Below are positions 11,393-25,379 of a DNA stretch of 64,000 bases, piece after piece. Location: the NCBI GenBank assembly GCA_017499595.2, contig CM039000.1:1116001-1180000 (forward strand). Direction: 5' to 3'. Each line of letters starts with the position of its first letter. The stretch's first letter is position 1. The position numbers were made by a program, and so were the translations under genes. The notes under the pieces were generated by a model. The model searched no databases. It saw nothing but the letters and a program-made list of their open reading frames with translations, and had not been told where the DNA came from. Source of the DNA: Psilocybe cubensis (Eukaryota).

Positions 11393-13931
11393 ATTATAAC
11401 CGTGGACGAAATTTTATTAGAACCTATACCCTCCTTCTCGATCTCGAAAGTAATGTAATCATTAACCCCATCTCGACGTAAACTTTATAGTGCCATTGAC
11501 ATATCCATAGAAATTGTTTGCTCGCGATACGTATTTTTATACATCCAACACTACTGGAAGGACCATCTGATCTATGCAGCTTCCAAACATCGCTTAGCTG
11601 GTGATACATGCTCTTTTGGCCGTGCCGACTGGGATTCAATGTTTCTATTTCACTTGGAACTATGACTGTCGACGGATATATGTGCCTCCCTGGCAAGCTA
11701 TGCTCCTCATATATTCTTTAGGTCACACATCGTGCAAGGGATATGTATATCTGTGTTTTATCCCAGAAATCAGACCAGCATTTATCTACTTGGCCTACAC
11801 CACCTCAGAGACGTTCGAAGAAAAAGAAGCAATCTGGGCGTTTCTTAAGTGGCTAAAGAAACCCTCATCCGTATGAATTTGCGCGCTTAATTCTGTCTAT
11901 GTCTACCGAGTGCTTGCCGTCGAGGAATGCAATACCTTACAGAGTAAAGCACGAATCCTGTGGAAAACCCTTGCCCGTATGTGGGGTTCCTCATGGTCAG
12001 CAAAACGCTAAAGGCAGAGATCGTCACTTTGAACTTCGCTTTCTCTTTAGGTTCCTACTCCCTACCATGTGAAGCAGTTTTCGTTGTGATCTCGGAGCAC
12101 AAGAACATACTTTCATTGACATGAAATGTTGTTACTTTCTAAGAACCGCGGCATTTATCAGCAAGATAGGCAAGTCATATGGATCCATGCACACCCTCGG
12201 TGACTGGATATCAGAGGGAAAGGGTTCTGCCCTCTACATGCGGCAATATTTGTTAGAAAACCTCATGAAGAATTGTACTGGGAGTGCTCAGAGTGTCAAT
12301 AAATCGCCCGACGCCTAACAAGCGGACTTAATTCATCTCTCCATTCAAAATATTGGCCTCCGCTGCTTGGTCTCACATTTTATGTCTACTTGATCAATGT
12401 CCGATAGAAGAATCGTCGTAGAGGTATCCCGCTTAACAACCCAGAAATCTACTTAGATTTGATTTGTAGAAATGTACGCCCTGACAGTAAAGAATGCCTC
12501 TAATCATCAACGAATTGCTACGATATGGCCATTCAATCCTACGTGGCCCATTCGTGCACATATCCTCGTACACAAAAGGCTGTACACATAATCAAAGGCT
12601 CGGATCGAAAATCTGTAGATTTCTAGTCTGACCATACCATTTTTGCATGATGGGATCATGGTTCAGAGCTAAAACTCCACACTGTCCCGACGAGTCTCGT
12701 CAATGATTAAACTCATAAAGATCTGGACTTAGGTGTAATTGCAATCTTTTAATATGTAGAAAAGATATCACTGATACTTCAAAGCCTGCAATTGGACTCA
12801 CGTAGATTGCGTTCGAGTCCAAACTTAAGGCAGCTCTACATAACTGCAAACGGAAATAGACTTTCTTATTTAAGAAAATCCTTCGTGAACATTGAACTCA
12901 GCACGTTAATATCAACTCCGAGTCACCCAGTTGATTAGAGCCCTGGTAAATTTTCATGAGGTTTAGCTTGCTTTGGGGGTTTTTGTCCTTTCTATTCCTT
13001 TCCAGATTACAAATTTTGTGACTCGGAGCCGTATGTGTATTTTTGTAGAATCTTGCAGCTTCGACGCGACGCGACACGGCGGGATAACATGTTGATTGAC
13101 TGATACTTGACTGATACCTCTGATACTCAGGCCGCCCCTAGACACATTTTGCATGTGTTCGTTTGAGGGCTGTCAGACGCAGATAAAACATGTATTTTCC
13201 GCAAAATCTGGCAATACTGTCTGACACAGGGGGCTATCTGCCATGCCCCGTTTGTGTCAGCCACGATAAGGGCGAGAAATTTGTACCGTATTCGTAAAAC
13301 AATGGTTTGGAGCAGAGTATGGCTCCTTTCTGTCAAGTAATATTGAAACTTTCTCGTTAATATATGAACAATTCAATTGTAAATATAAAGGTAGAGACCC
13401 CAACTTAACAGATATTTGAATTTGTAGTCACATCTTTTGCGAGACTACATAAAATTCAAACCAAAAACTATCTATCTACTCTACAAACTCATAATCATGA
13501 AAAGTCCGGTCCTCGTACATGGTGTTAAAATATACAGTTATAGGAAAACAGCGAAGAAAAAAGTGGGAAAGAAAAAGTATTGCGGTGGCAAATGTAAAAG
13601 TGGACTTGTAAACTGAAGACACAAAAGGAAGATCTGAACAATCCGATTGATAGACTAGTGATAACCGAGAAAGGGACTATAGGCTGTGAAGGGGAATAAT
13701 TGAGAGTGACATCATCAAATGAACAACAAATTTGTAAGGTGCTTGCCAATTAGCAATTGGATCAACCTGCGGATCCGGCAAATGATGTCGGTGACAGCGA
13801 ATTATAGAGGTGTGGCATTTCAAGGAATGTATGTCATGCAGGGGAAATGCTGTACCGCGATCGTAAGGAAGAGGCAGACGTGATAAGAGAGTGAAGCCGG
13901 CCACTATGAATGGTTGACATCATGATTCCCC

Positions 13932-15314
13932 TTATGAAGATTGGTCATCGAATGTTGTCCACTGGGTCGAACCAATGTCAGTTGCAAGTCCCTCTCGCGA
14001 ATTTCGGGCATCCAATGCTTTTTGTGACTTAACAACCGATGGTGAGGCATCTATATCCACATCCTCGCGCATCCTCATCTCCGGTATAGTCGTTAATGGA
14101 TTCTTCTTGCCGCTTGACGATCCCGTAACCGAAGACGACGACTCGGACGCCGACGACGATATAGATAACGGTGAAGGTCCATGCCTTCTTGGGGCTGGCG
14201 GGCGCGGTCTTCTGCCTGCCCTAGTGCTTGCACCGCGCACAGAACCGGTACCACTGAGCTCGCTGTCGAAGGGGGAGTCGGTAGTCGTAATTCCTGTACT
14301 GGCAGCAACTAGCCTTCCGCGTGAATTTCTCTGCCAGGCTGTTGGTTGCCTTCTGTACTCATATCCTACAGAGGGGACCTCTGGCTCAGAAGAGGAAGGG
14401 TGGTTTCGCGCGTATTCCTCTTCCTCTTCCCGTTCACGACGGATCCGCTGCCGACGTCGCCAATACCAGTATATACCGTAGAATACGAGCAGGGCGAAGA
14501 CAGTGCAAACGATGCCAAGCGCAATAGAAAGGCCCTTGTGTGCGGTCGCAGAGGATGCATCTGACAAAACTGGTGATGTTGAAGGGGTGGGTGGAGGAAG
14601 TAGGGAAAACGAAGAAGAGGAAGTTGATGACGATGACAAAGAAGTCAAAGCCGTCGAAGACGCTGAGCTATCATCGGTAGTGGTCGTGGGCGTCGGATCG
14701 TCATCGTCAAGGACGGTATAGCTTGAAATATTTGTGGTCACAAAGAAAGATCAATGAAACATAACAAACGCAACGCACACAAGGGTATCTACGACGGCGT
14801 GATCGTCTCCTAGAGCCACTGACACAACAAGGGTATGTTCAACATTGTCCAATCCATCCACACTCCACACCACCTGTGACTGGACTGTTTCCGGCGCGTC
14901 TTCTTCAGGACTGATAGTGGCCGGGTCCATGAGATTGATAGTCACAGGGGGGTTTCCATCGAGCGATACGGCCGTCGTCACCTCAAATGGCCATAGTGGA
15001 GCATAAAAATAAATAGCAGTTCCTGGTATTGCAAGAGCACATGAGTCTACAACTCAACACAGATATCAACTCGAACAAGAAAGCGTACCAGTAAACGTGA
15101 ATGTAGCTGTAGCATCTGGGTCGCTAGTAACTCTATGCCTCCCTCCCGCATTCAAAGGGTCGAATGGGGTTTCCCTCCAACTATCCGGCGGGTCGTAGAT
15201 GATCTGTGAAGTGTCGTCGTCGTCCACCGTGACATTATGCGAGGCCCCGACCAAGACCGAGCAAGAGATCAACAGGAAAAGCACCAGCTTCAACGTTAGT
15301 TGAAGTGGGGCCAT
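13932..15314 (-). CDS. Type I single-pass membrane protein with a 'VTVDD..I.Y...W' beta-sandwich-like ectodomain, Ser/Thr stalk and cytoplasmic tail (paralog 1)
   Basis: Signal peptide MAPLQLTLKLVLFLLISCSVLVGA, NVTVDDDDTSQIIYDPPDSW, ATFTFTGTAIYFYAPLWP, SLDG, HTLVVSV..AVVD, TM helix LSIALGIVCTVFALLVFYGIYWYW followed by RRRQR. Confidence 0.8.
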
Positions 15315-17514
15315 TGTGGTGACTGTTCGAACATCATGGCGGATTCGCATTCCCAGACTCATTCTGGACCTCGCGGTATCCGTTTGCGGCTCGAACGTTA
15401 CGTCCTTATCAAGCCCTGCTCATGGAGCCCTCGCTGTGAGCTTGTGAGATGGCTGATAGTGATGGAGAGAGTAAAGACGTCAAATGGCGGTGCTTCTAGT
15501 AAGGCTTGGGCTTGGGATTGCCGCGCGCACAGAGGGCTTTGTTGTTAGTGTTTGGCTTGTCCCTTGGGAAGTAAAACCTTCGACTGCCTGCAACCTCGGT
15601 CGTCATCTTCCCACTTTCTAATAATCCCCGCCAATCGCATGCGTGCTATGTTGGGTGTTGAGAGACTATAATAATAGAACGTTCAAGTTGCGTTGCCGGT
15701 CATTACATTCGGTGGGCCCATGCACTTTCCATGCTCTATATCTCCGACACACTGGCCTTTCGAAATAAGACAGTGAGTTATTATGACATATACGAGTCTG
15801 TTCAGCTCAAGAATCTGATTATGATAAACAGAAAGTTGATCCCGATGTTGATTGTTGAAGCATGAAAAGTATTTTTTGATTAGTCGGAGAAATAACAAAC
15901 CTTCATTCACCGGGTTCCTGGGAAGTCTCTCAATGGCACAATGTTCAAAAAACGAGGGGATGCCTGTCACACCGACAATTTCAGCACTGTCGATATTCAT
16001 GAAAGTAGGGCACGTCTTTCATTTACATAGCATAGCATAGCATGCATGCTTTCAAGCAAACGATTGAAGGGTGCGGCAGTCTTCGCTATCGCTTGGCGTT
16101 AAACACAAGTTTTACGCAGTACACATTGCAAGATATTCGTCGTGGAACGAGGATGTTTATTATGTCTCGTCATTGTCACCTTCGAAGAGTTATCGTTCAA
16201 GGCATTGGGTAGAATAAGAGATCCTCGATTCATGCTCGTAAGTTCGGTCTGATGGATTGAAGACCCAGAATTCAGTTGTGATAGTGTTAAATGGCGTTCT
16301 TAGGTTCACAGCCTTCACCAACCTCATTGAGAGGAGATGATCTCGGAAGCAAATCCAAGGAAAGGTCGAACTTGTGTCGAGAAGAATCTTTGAAAATTTG
16401 GTAGAGATGAGGCATCATCGAAAAAGCTTCATAGCAAATAGTACGTACCTGCAATTAGGCAAACTAAACTCATAGGACAGTAGGAGATATTGCACTTACA
16501 ATTTTAGCAGAGCAGCGGGCGCCATAGTGAAGCACTGCATCAATCATGGGATGGGCTCGCAGCCGCACCTGGATTCCCCAGTTGGTCGTATGGAGATGAA
16601 CATCAAGAGGTAAACATTCAGAGTTCACCATAAAGTCAACCAGCCGAAATTATGCTGGGGGACTTCTTCGCGAGAAAACAGCGATGTCCATACGCAGCGT
16701 GTTGTTCATTGAAGGTACCTCCACTGGCTGCAAACGGTTGCAAGGGTTGGCATCTCTTCGGAATAGGCGTTGAGGAGTGTGCGAATGTGCGTGAAAGGAA
16801 CGCAATTGAGCTCGATCAGTTCAAGTTGACTTGCCAAAAGCGATCCTTTTCAGTTCTGATTTATAGATGTCGGCGTAGTATTCGGTTTCTGTGGAATTGG
16901 TTTGTTGAACCATTTTAGATACGATAATATTGAGGAAAGGCACTCTGAGGGGCAATCTCATTTTTTTCGACAGCGGACAAACACGTACATACACGTACTG
17001 CAGCGTTGTCAGTCTGTCACAGTGTCACAGTCGGCCTCTTTTCTGCCACTGGTGGGCGTCTACAACGCAGCTATGTCGTCCGTCGTTCAATTCTCCTCGA
17101 GCCATGTCTCATCCACACTCTACCATCTAACTAACCACTTTCCAGTGCGCGGATAGATGGCTCTATACCATGCACGTATAAAAGGGCGCGAGTTCGATGA
17201 TACTAGGCCAGACTAGGCCCCATCCGATATCTAGGACGTGATCGGCAAGCCGGTACCCGTTCGCGCGGTATTGTGTCGTATACAAATGACGGTGCGCTGC
17301 CGAATCTATGTTTGAAATCAGTCTCTGCAAAGGTACTTCAATCTACTTAGGTTCACGGAAAATACAAGACTAATGACATGCTTCTCATGAAATTGATATC
17401 TGAGTTGATAGTACTAACAGCACCCTGCTACATAGAATACTACCAGCGCCAAACGTGCGCACACATACAAAGCATACAATTAATACACTACAGGTATGTG
17501 TCAAGATCAAATGT

Positions 17515-19792
17515 TCAGAAAGTAAATAAAAATAAGTGATCGAAAGGACTCGCTGCCACAGCGAGAACAATAAACGAAATTACCAACAGAGCGTTGGAAG
17601 AACTAAATGATACACGAATTTGGCTACCAGTAGCTTTGGGCCTGATGGATCCCGACGAATTTCCGCCGGTATCTCCACTACTGGGGTTGCTGTTCGCGTT
17701 ATTGTCCTTCGCAGGCACGCCAGCAAAGACAACCGCCATTCCCGGGGCAGGGACATTAATCGTACATCCGTTTGAGCAGTCGATATTGGCGTTAGGTACT
17801 GCCCATGTCGCATTGCTAGAAACCAAGTTCCCATCTCCCGCAGTTGCTAGGGTCTGACCACCCCACCCAATGTTCACCTTTTCTGCCATACTATCTCCCA
17901 CGAGATATTTGACTTGGACACCACCCTGACCCTTCGCAAATGTTCCCGAGGGGACGGAAAAAGACTGAGAGGACCCATCCGAGGAGGATACATTGGCGTA
18001 ATTGAAGAAAACCAACTGCTGAACGGTCTTGCTGACAGCATCGTAAACAGCATACCCGCTTACTGCTACATCGGTTTTGGATTTGGACCCACTGATATCG
18101 AGGTCGACTACAATGCTTCCATTCTCAGAACGAAGTGCCTCAGCAGTGACAAGAAGACCATAGTAGGGGGGATTGGTTGTCCAGGCACCTGGTCCACCAT
18201 TTGGTCCTTCGGGTGGGGTGAAGAGGTTGTATGTAACACCTCTTTCACGGGTGTGAATGTAAGCGGCAGAGTATCCAACCGATGCTAATTGAAGTGAATA
18301 ATCAATAGTCCACAAAGACCCCACTGCAAAAGTATCCGAGATGCCTGCAATTCCACCACATGCAGCTGAGTTGAATTCTGACAAAATGACGGGTTGGCCA
18401 TTGGGATTGGATACAATTTTGCTAATTCCAGAAGATTGCCAGGCTCCGAGAGTCACAACTAGATATAATATGTAGAATTTTTGAGATTAATAGAAAAGTT
18501 GGCGTGCAGTGACATTGTAATCTGACCATTTGCATGTTGAACGTAGTAGGGTAACTGGAAGTTGAAAACTCCAGGGTTACAATTATTCTGAGGATAGTGT
18601 TGAAGCCTGGAGTCAAAAGAGTTAGCTTGTTTATGGTCTATCCGTAACAGCTGGGCACAGCGTCACGAACGAGATATATTTAAGATTGCTGCCAAAAGAC
18701 GATGAAAATCCATCATCAAGAAGTGCATCCAGATTCTAGAAGCGAAGGTAAGGTTATTTTTAGCAACGACTAAAACATCTGAAGACCAACCCATGCACAA
18801 CATATCGTGGGTCCCACTATTTCATGCTTGTCGTAAATGTCGCCAGCGGATGTATTGGTGAGGCGATCGGCGGCTGTTTTGAATTCCTGTGGTGAGTGGG
18901 ATTTGAATCAATTAGGCGCTTATACTCGATAATGAGCGTGAGGCATTTCTCACATTTATATATAGTGCGGTTGTATAGTTTTTGACGTTCGGTCTATAAC
19001 CATGAGCCGCATATATGTCAGGTTCCTTTAAACCCGTGTCAGGTGTCGCTGTCATAAGGTGGGATCAACTGAGCAAACCAAAAGCATACATTGCCCAACA
19101 AAAGGCCGTCCAGGTTGGCACCTAATCCATCAACAGCGGCACCTGCATAGAGTAGGGTCAGCCGGGTATCTCAAAACTGTCAAATCCACATTGCATACCA
19201 GCTAAAATTGGAACATTGGCATTGTTGGGATCGCGCAGAGATAATCCTAGAGTTCATTTCCGAGTTAGTGGGACAAGTCTGAATCAGAACAGCAAGCGAA
19301 AAGGAACAACCAATGAGATAATCTGCTCCTCCAACATTGGAAGCGACTTTGTTAAGGACGTCCCAAAGAACTGGACCAAAGTTGACAGGTTGATCATCAG
19401 CATGAGCTCCTGGAATTGGCTGAATCATGGGTGTGGTTTGCGTTGGCACATAGACTGAGTCATCCATAGAGTTCCCCCCAACCCGGAGACGCAAAGCCTG
19501 ATTCCCCGTCCTAGAACGCAGAGCGGTAAGATAGTTTTCAATTGTTGAAGGAATGGTGGTGGTATCGTCTCCAACTAAATGGCTGTAAACATCAAACGGT
19601 CCTCTTTCATAACGATATTTCAAATAACTCACAATATTGGTTCAGAAAACTAAGTTCAAAGCTAATTCCTAGAAAATTGGGCTTCACTGCATGTGTTGAC
19701 GACGGGGACGAAGGGACATTGACTTGAATTGCATTGGCAACTGTACAGAGAGGAAAGACAAGGACAGGAAAAAGAATGACTGGAGTAAGCAT
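17515..19792 (-). CDS. Glycoside hydrolase family 79 (beta-glucuronidase/heparanase-like), secreted, with a C-terminal hydrophobic anchor
   Basis: FLGISFEL, LRVGGNSMD, spliced LLGN|EPD (acid/base), ILSEFNSAACGG (nucleophile), SDTFAVGSLWTIDY, PPYYG, then a Ser/Gly linker and a hydrophobic C-terminus. Confidence 0.92.
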
Positions 19793-20869
19793 AGTGGTAT
19801 TGTCGAGCGGATCGACCAAGAGGAGACCAGCTAAAGACAAAGAACAAACGCGTTGGGGAAGGAAGAGAAGGCTGAAACTGAAATGTAAAGCATAAGGTTC
19901 ATAAGTGTTTGGTTAAGGCGAAGGAAACGGAGGGTGACCCGGCCAGGTATACGTACTTGTAACCTATATCTGGTGGTTCCGCAATCAATTTTGTTTTCTA
20001 GACGGAGACCAGCCGCCGAAAAGGCCACCTCTAATTAATATCGCTGACCAAAACATCGTTAAGTCCAATGACGGTTGGGAAAATCGCATAGACTTTTACA
20101 ATAAGATCTAGATGTGATGATCCTTCCTAAGCAACTGAAGCAGAAGAAAATCCACCATACCTAAAGTTTGACCGCTAGCCTGGGGCGATAACTCCGTGGT
20201 TATTTTGGATAGAGTTGTGGTGTGAAAAGGTATAGAGTCAAATGTCCATTCACAATCTTTACTTCCTATTTTCCCTTGTACGGATGCAGTTGGATTCAGT
20301 CTCTGAGAATTCATTGTACAGGACGCTCGATAATTCATCTCCAGTTGTGTTGAGACCCAACCGCAGAAACTGACAGTAGCATGGTCATTTGGAGTTCCTT
20401 TCCATGGTTTCAAGTTTGTTTTGACAGTAATCCAGAATCTGATGCGGAGGCGCCGATGCCGGTCTTGACGGGGATGGTGAGGTTTAAGGCGGCGCACAGC
20501 AAGGTTAAAAATAGTTACACATGTATGTAACATTCGAAGTCGGAAGTCCTGAGCCAGTCAGAATCTTACAAATGAAGCAAGGTCGACAAGTTTGAACTGG
20601 CTTGTGCCAAGCCTAAAAAAGCCGCAAACAATCAGGACTGTGTACAGAATATCGCAAATCCAAAGGGAATTATTGCGGACGAAGCATCGAGACAATATTA
20701 TCCTTATGATACTGCAGGCGCGTGTTGTCCTGCAAAGAATTGATAAAGTTAAATGATATTTATCCAGCCAAAGGTGAAATAAAAAATGAAGTAACTATTA
20801 TTCTAAACATTGGTTAATATCCATAACGTTCGGAAACTTAATGGATACTGCACCGAGATGGTCTGTTGA

Positions 20870-23358
20870 TTAATCAATCAATTCTCGAGGTGGCCACAAG
20901 CGAAAAATGCTTTGGTTACATCTTCCATCCACATAGGGCATTATATCCTCATTTGTCGGATTAAGGATCCCATGACTTTGAAACTTGTTCAACGAAAGAG
21001 CTGAGAGGTATTATCAGAAATTCACTTACGTCGTCTTACAGTGGTAACGAAGATGTCCGGACGAGCCACGGGTTTTGCAGCGCGCACAAATCAAATCTCT
21101 GTACATATTATGCGCCATTCTCCGAGATTCTTCTTCATCCATGCGGATCCGTACAGCCTCAGCCTCTTCCTCTTCAAGAAGTACGATATCTGGAGGTGTT
21201 TTTGAATTGCAGTGATTCCATTGTTTCCTGTGTCGAGGCTGAATAGTAACAGTAAACAGCTGCCGAACACAAAAAATGAAGTTACATACCACCAAAGACC
21301 ATCTCATCGTTGTACGGCCTAGTTCTGGACTGTTGCATGAAACACATTCAAAGATAGGGTCTAACGCATCCATATCGTCACCAGTAGCTGTTTGCGGGTC
21401 GAGTCCACACATGATAACGATTTCTGCTAGCGCCTTGAAATCCTCTTTATTCATCTTAAGGACCTTGAAGCGATTCCACGAAGTACAACCCGTAATCTGG
21501 CCACAGATATCGATATCTATTTCCTTGGAATCACCTGCGCCGTCGCACGAAAAATCTGGAAGATGATAGAATGCACAATTATGGTTGATAATTCTTGGGT
21601 ATCTGATAGGATCTGCAGGGGAAATCGAGAAACCATCGCCTCCACATAAAGAACAATAGAAGATTGTTGTTGCCAAGTTGAGTGCTATGTCACGGTTAAA
21701 GGCATAACCCGGAGGGGTGTTGGCGCGAATAAGATCGTATACTTGGTTATTCAACGACACCTTTATGTCAGCAGCAATGACGGGCATCATCTTGCTCAAA
21801 TATGCTTCAGACTTCGGGTTGGGATTGGCAAGATAACTTTGAGTAATTGGGTGAAGTATAACATCAGCCATGCCAATAACCAGTGAATTAGCGGGCAGGA
21901 AGATAGAATAGGATGTGAGAATGTCTTCAATGGTCTGAATGTATTCGTCGAGGAGATGATATCGCTTCTGTTCAAGATTAAGTTCGAAGACCTTTGCCAT
22001 TATTCTGTCTAGGTGAGGGTCCAAGTTGATGAGTTCTATGGGTCACTGTATCCAGTCTGATCAATTATAACGGAGATCTCAGGACTCACCTTCCTCAGTA
22101 AGAGCACTTTTACATGCACTCTCTACCTTGATATCATCCATAAGCATGTGCATAATATTTTCCCTGACCATAAAATTTAATTCATTTTTCCATCCAGCCG
22201 CCAGGACGCGATCATATATACTTGTGTACAGTCAATGGGGCGTTAAATAAAAGAAAATAGACTCGGGAGGATTTGACATACGTTCTCTTACGATCATGTA
22301 TCGTATCACCATATTTCACACGCCGATATCTCTGAAGTAGTGGACGTATTTGTTCCCATTCCATGCATTCTTGGGAATGCTGATGAAGTTAATTTACTAT
22401 CAGCATCATACAAAACAAGAGAAATACCGCACTTACTTCGTCTATAATCGATTGTTCTGCGACTTTATTTGCCGCCCAGCTATATGGATCTTTCGAATTT
22501 CGGAATTCTTCGCGCCATCTACACTCTGTATCGAAATCGTAATACCTCCAATCTTCCCCTGTCAAATTTCAAAAAAAAGAGATATTCAGTTGTGTAGTAT
22601 GCTATCCAAGAAATTACATACCTGCACTCCTGAAGTCAACGTAAGGAATGTACTTGTATACTTCTGACATTCCTGGCAGGGGCGCAATTTTCTGCGTACG
22701 CCATCTTATTTTAAAGGTTACTTGGGTTTTAGTTTCGATAAACAGTAGCTAACCTGTTTTCAATGCATTTGGTGCATGCCCTGATTCTTGATCCCCATAC
22801 AATATGTATAATTCCTTGGTCCCTTGGACAGAACTGGAGCAGGATACTGAGAAAAAGCTAATGAATTAGAAGGAGAACAAGAAGTGCTTACGTGACATTT
22901 CTTTACAAAAATCAGGGAAGCGTATGCAGGCTCGGTCAAATCGCTCGGACATTCGGGGAGCAGATATATATTCGAAAGAACGTTCCTCCAAAGTGACTGG
23001 TTGGACCGACTCATAAAGAACGAACGTAATTTTTTGTTTGCTCGCGACAGATGTATCAAGTCAAGTGGTTCGAGCAGTCCAAAAATCTGCCGGAAGGAAG
23101 AGTCGAAACATGAACCAGATAGATGCATTCATCAGAAAGGAAGCGCACCTCCAAGCACAACTCTTGTGGGAGCTCTAATAACTTTTCCAGACCCCATCTT
23201 TGCCCCGCGCCTTCAGACTGTTGCACCATCGTCGTATAAATTTGCAAGTCATTGCCCCACGGCAAGATCTCGAGTCGAGGGGCTTTAACTTGTCGTTTGT
23301 CATCCTCATCATCCCATAGAAGTCTCCTCTTGCTCCCGCGTGCGTCTACCTCAAACAT
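20870..23358 (-). CDS. F-box domain protein of the expanded agaricomycete type (multi-exon; start codon uncertain)
   Basis: Spliced LLELPQELCLE|IFGLLEPLDLIHLSRANKKLR..FMS...LWR, PECPSDLTEPAYASLIF..CH, later LNLATTIFYC..C, GLDP.TAT..DMD and CxxC motifs. Last exon ends LWPPRELID*. Confidence 0.85.
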
Positions 23359-23725
23359 TGAGCCCAACACGACGACTTATTCGTGTAACTTTAAAGCTCG
23401 TTCCGTGCCCGATGAAATGCCAAGCACATCCAAACTTGAACGAGGAAGATATCCAAGATGTATTTGGGAGCTGAATATTAAACTGTGGGGAGTGGGTTAG
23501 ATTCAACTCAAGTATGAAGAGTGAAAGCGTAGGCCATGGTTGAAATAGAAAGAGAACCAAAAGGCACGGTGTTCTGTTCAACCATAGGCACATGACATGT
23601 GACAAGCGCGAAATAGGGGCATCCAGACGCGCCAATTTAGAACGCGTTGTTTTTCCCCAATAAGCCAATTGTGATACAAGGACATTTATATACAGGCAAT
23701 GCAAAAAAGTAGATCAAATCGTCTA

Positions 23726-25379
23726 TCATAGATAGTTTCCAACAGGCTTCTTGTAATGTCGTGGGGCCGGCCTCTGCTCGCCTCTTCGATAATTTGCAGC
23801 ATCCCCATCCCAAGCCCCCTGACCAGCAGGATCGGCACCATATTCACCCAAGCTCATAACAGCAGTGGATCCCATCGATGGCGACGCCGCATAGTACTCG
23901 CCCATATCAGTTGGTGGTCCAGGTAGTGCCGACCCGCTAGTCATCACCGACGCGGGTGAATATGCACCCACGCCAACCGGGGTGCGCGCGCCGCCGTCCC
24001 CCATCCTGCTCGGCGTCGACTTCTCAGTGATCGTCGAAAGGGCGTCTCCAGGCTTGTATCTTCCCGGAGACATGGTCATGCCGATATCGTGAGCAGGGAT
24101 CGATGGTGCGGGCATGCCTACGTGCGCGTACCGCGTGTTCTGGAATGTCCCCTGTTGTGTCTGTTCCATTGGATATCCATGTCCATGTCCGTTTCCATTT
24201 CCGTTTCCGTTTTCATATCCATATCCATTTCTGTAGTATCCCCCTGAATGGCTTAAATCATACCCTGCTTTTCCTTGTGGGTGTGAAGGAGTCGGGTAGA
24301 CGTAACGCCCGTTAGGACCACTGTCTCCCCCTGCACCACTATATGCTGTCCCATCGACGGTCCATTCCGAAATGGGCCGTTTCTTTCTTTTATTCCTGAA
24401 ATAGAACCACACTGCTAACAGGAGGAGCAAGAGGCCCAGAATACCAAATATAGTACCCAACACGACGGGAACTACATTTTTCGACTTGGACGAGCCAGAG
24501 TTAGGGGAAGAAGTCGATGAGGCGATAACGCGATCTGTAGTTGAGGGCAGTCCCGACGCGGATGAAGGCGTCGCTGGATCTGTGTTGGTATAGCTACGCC
24601 AGGAATGAATTAAGTTCTAGAAAAAAACTCATAAAGCAAGCAGCCTTGTTCTCGAATACGTACATCAGAGCATCGACCACAGCGAATGGTTGTCCGGCGC
24701 CAACGAACATTGTTAGCTCATGCGGACCGTTCTTCAGCCCCGTCGCGCTCCATACAACGCGCGATTGCACCGTCTCCGGACCTTGATCGGGGCTCGTTGG
24801 GCGAGAGTGGTCCACTAGATCGACAAGCGTCGCGTTTCCTGAGTCGAGAGAGACGGCGGTGTTTACTGTGTACGGCCACAGTGGGGAAAGGTAATACACA
24901 GCGATACCTGGAATGAGTTTTTAAATAAAAAGTAATAAAAACACAGAACATGATGTATCAGCTAAACAATCGGACCTGTACGGATTCATTCATTTCATGA
25001 ACATACCGGTAAACCTGAACACTGCAGTTCCGTTTGGATTCTGCGTCAGCATGTGAGCACCGCCAATGTCCAGCGAGCTGTTCGCAGAGAGTCCCCAAGC
25101 TCCTTGAGGAGAATACGAGATCGACGGATCCTGATCGTCCACAGTCACATTCTGGTTTGCATGAGCACCTGGAAGGACAGAACTAATCATAAAGAGTAGA
25201 ATACTGAGCAGTCTCTGGGTAGGTCGGCTTGAACGTCGTAGCGGCTTTAAGGAATCGAGGATGTCGTTACAATGATTTCGTTTTCGTCCAGAGTAAGCAG
25301 CTCGCCGCCGTTCTGAAGAGCATTTGCATCTCGTATTGCTCGCCATGGACCGAGGAAACGAAAAGCAGGTGCTCGCCAT
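23726..25379 (-). CDS. Type I single-pass membrane protein, paralog of 13932-15314 (start codon uncertain)
   Basis: NVTVDDQDPSISYSPQGAW, AVFRFTGIAVYYLSPLWP, SLDSG, PETVQSRVVWS, HELTMFV..AVVD, TM helix VVLGTIFGILGLLLLLLAVWFYF then RNKRKKR. Intron positions match paralog 1. Confidence 0.8.

Noticed and set aside
12805..12825. GTTCGAGTCC, similar to a tRNA T-loop / B box
   Set aside because: No cloverleaf, D-arm or acceptor stem could be built.
20108..20533. 141-aa minus-strand ORF between the F-box and GH79 genes
   Set aside because: No domain, signal peptide or splice support. Likely promoter or UTR sequence.
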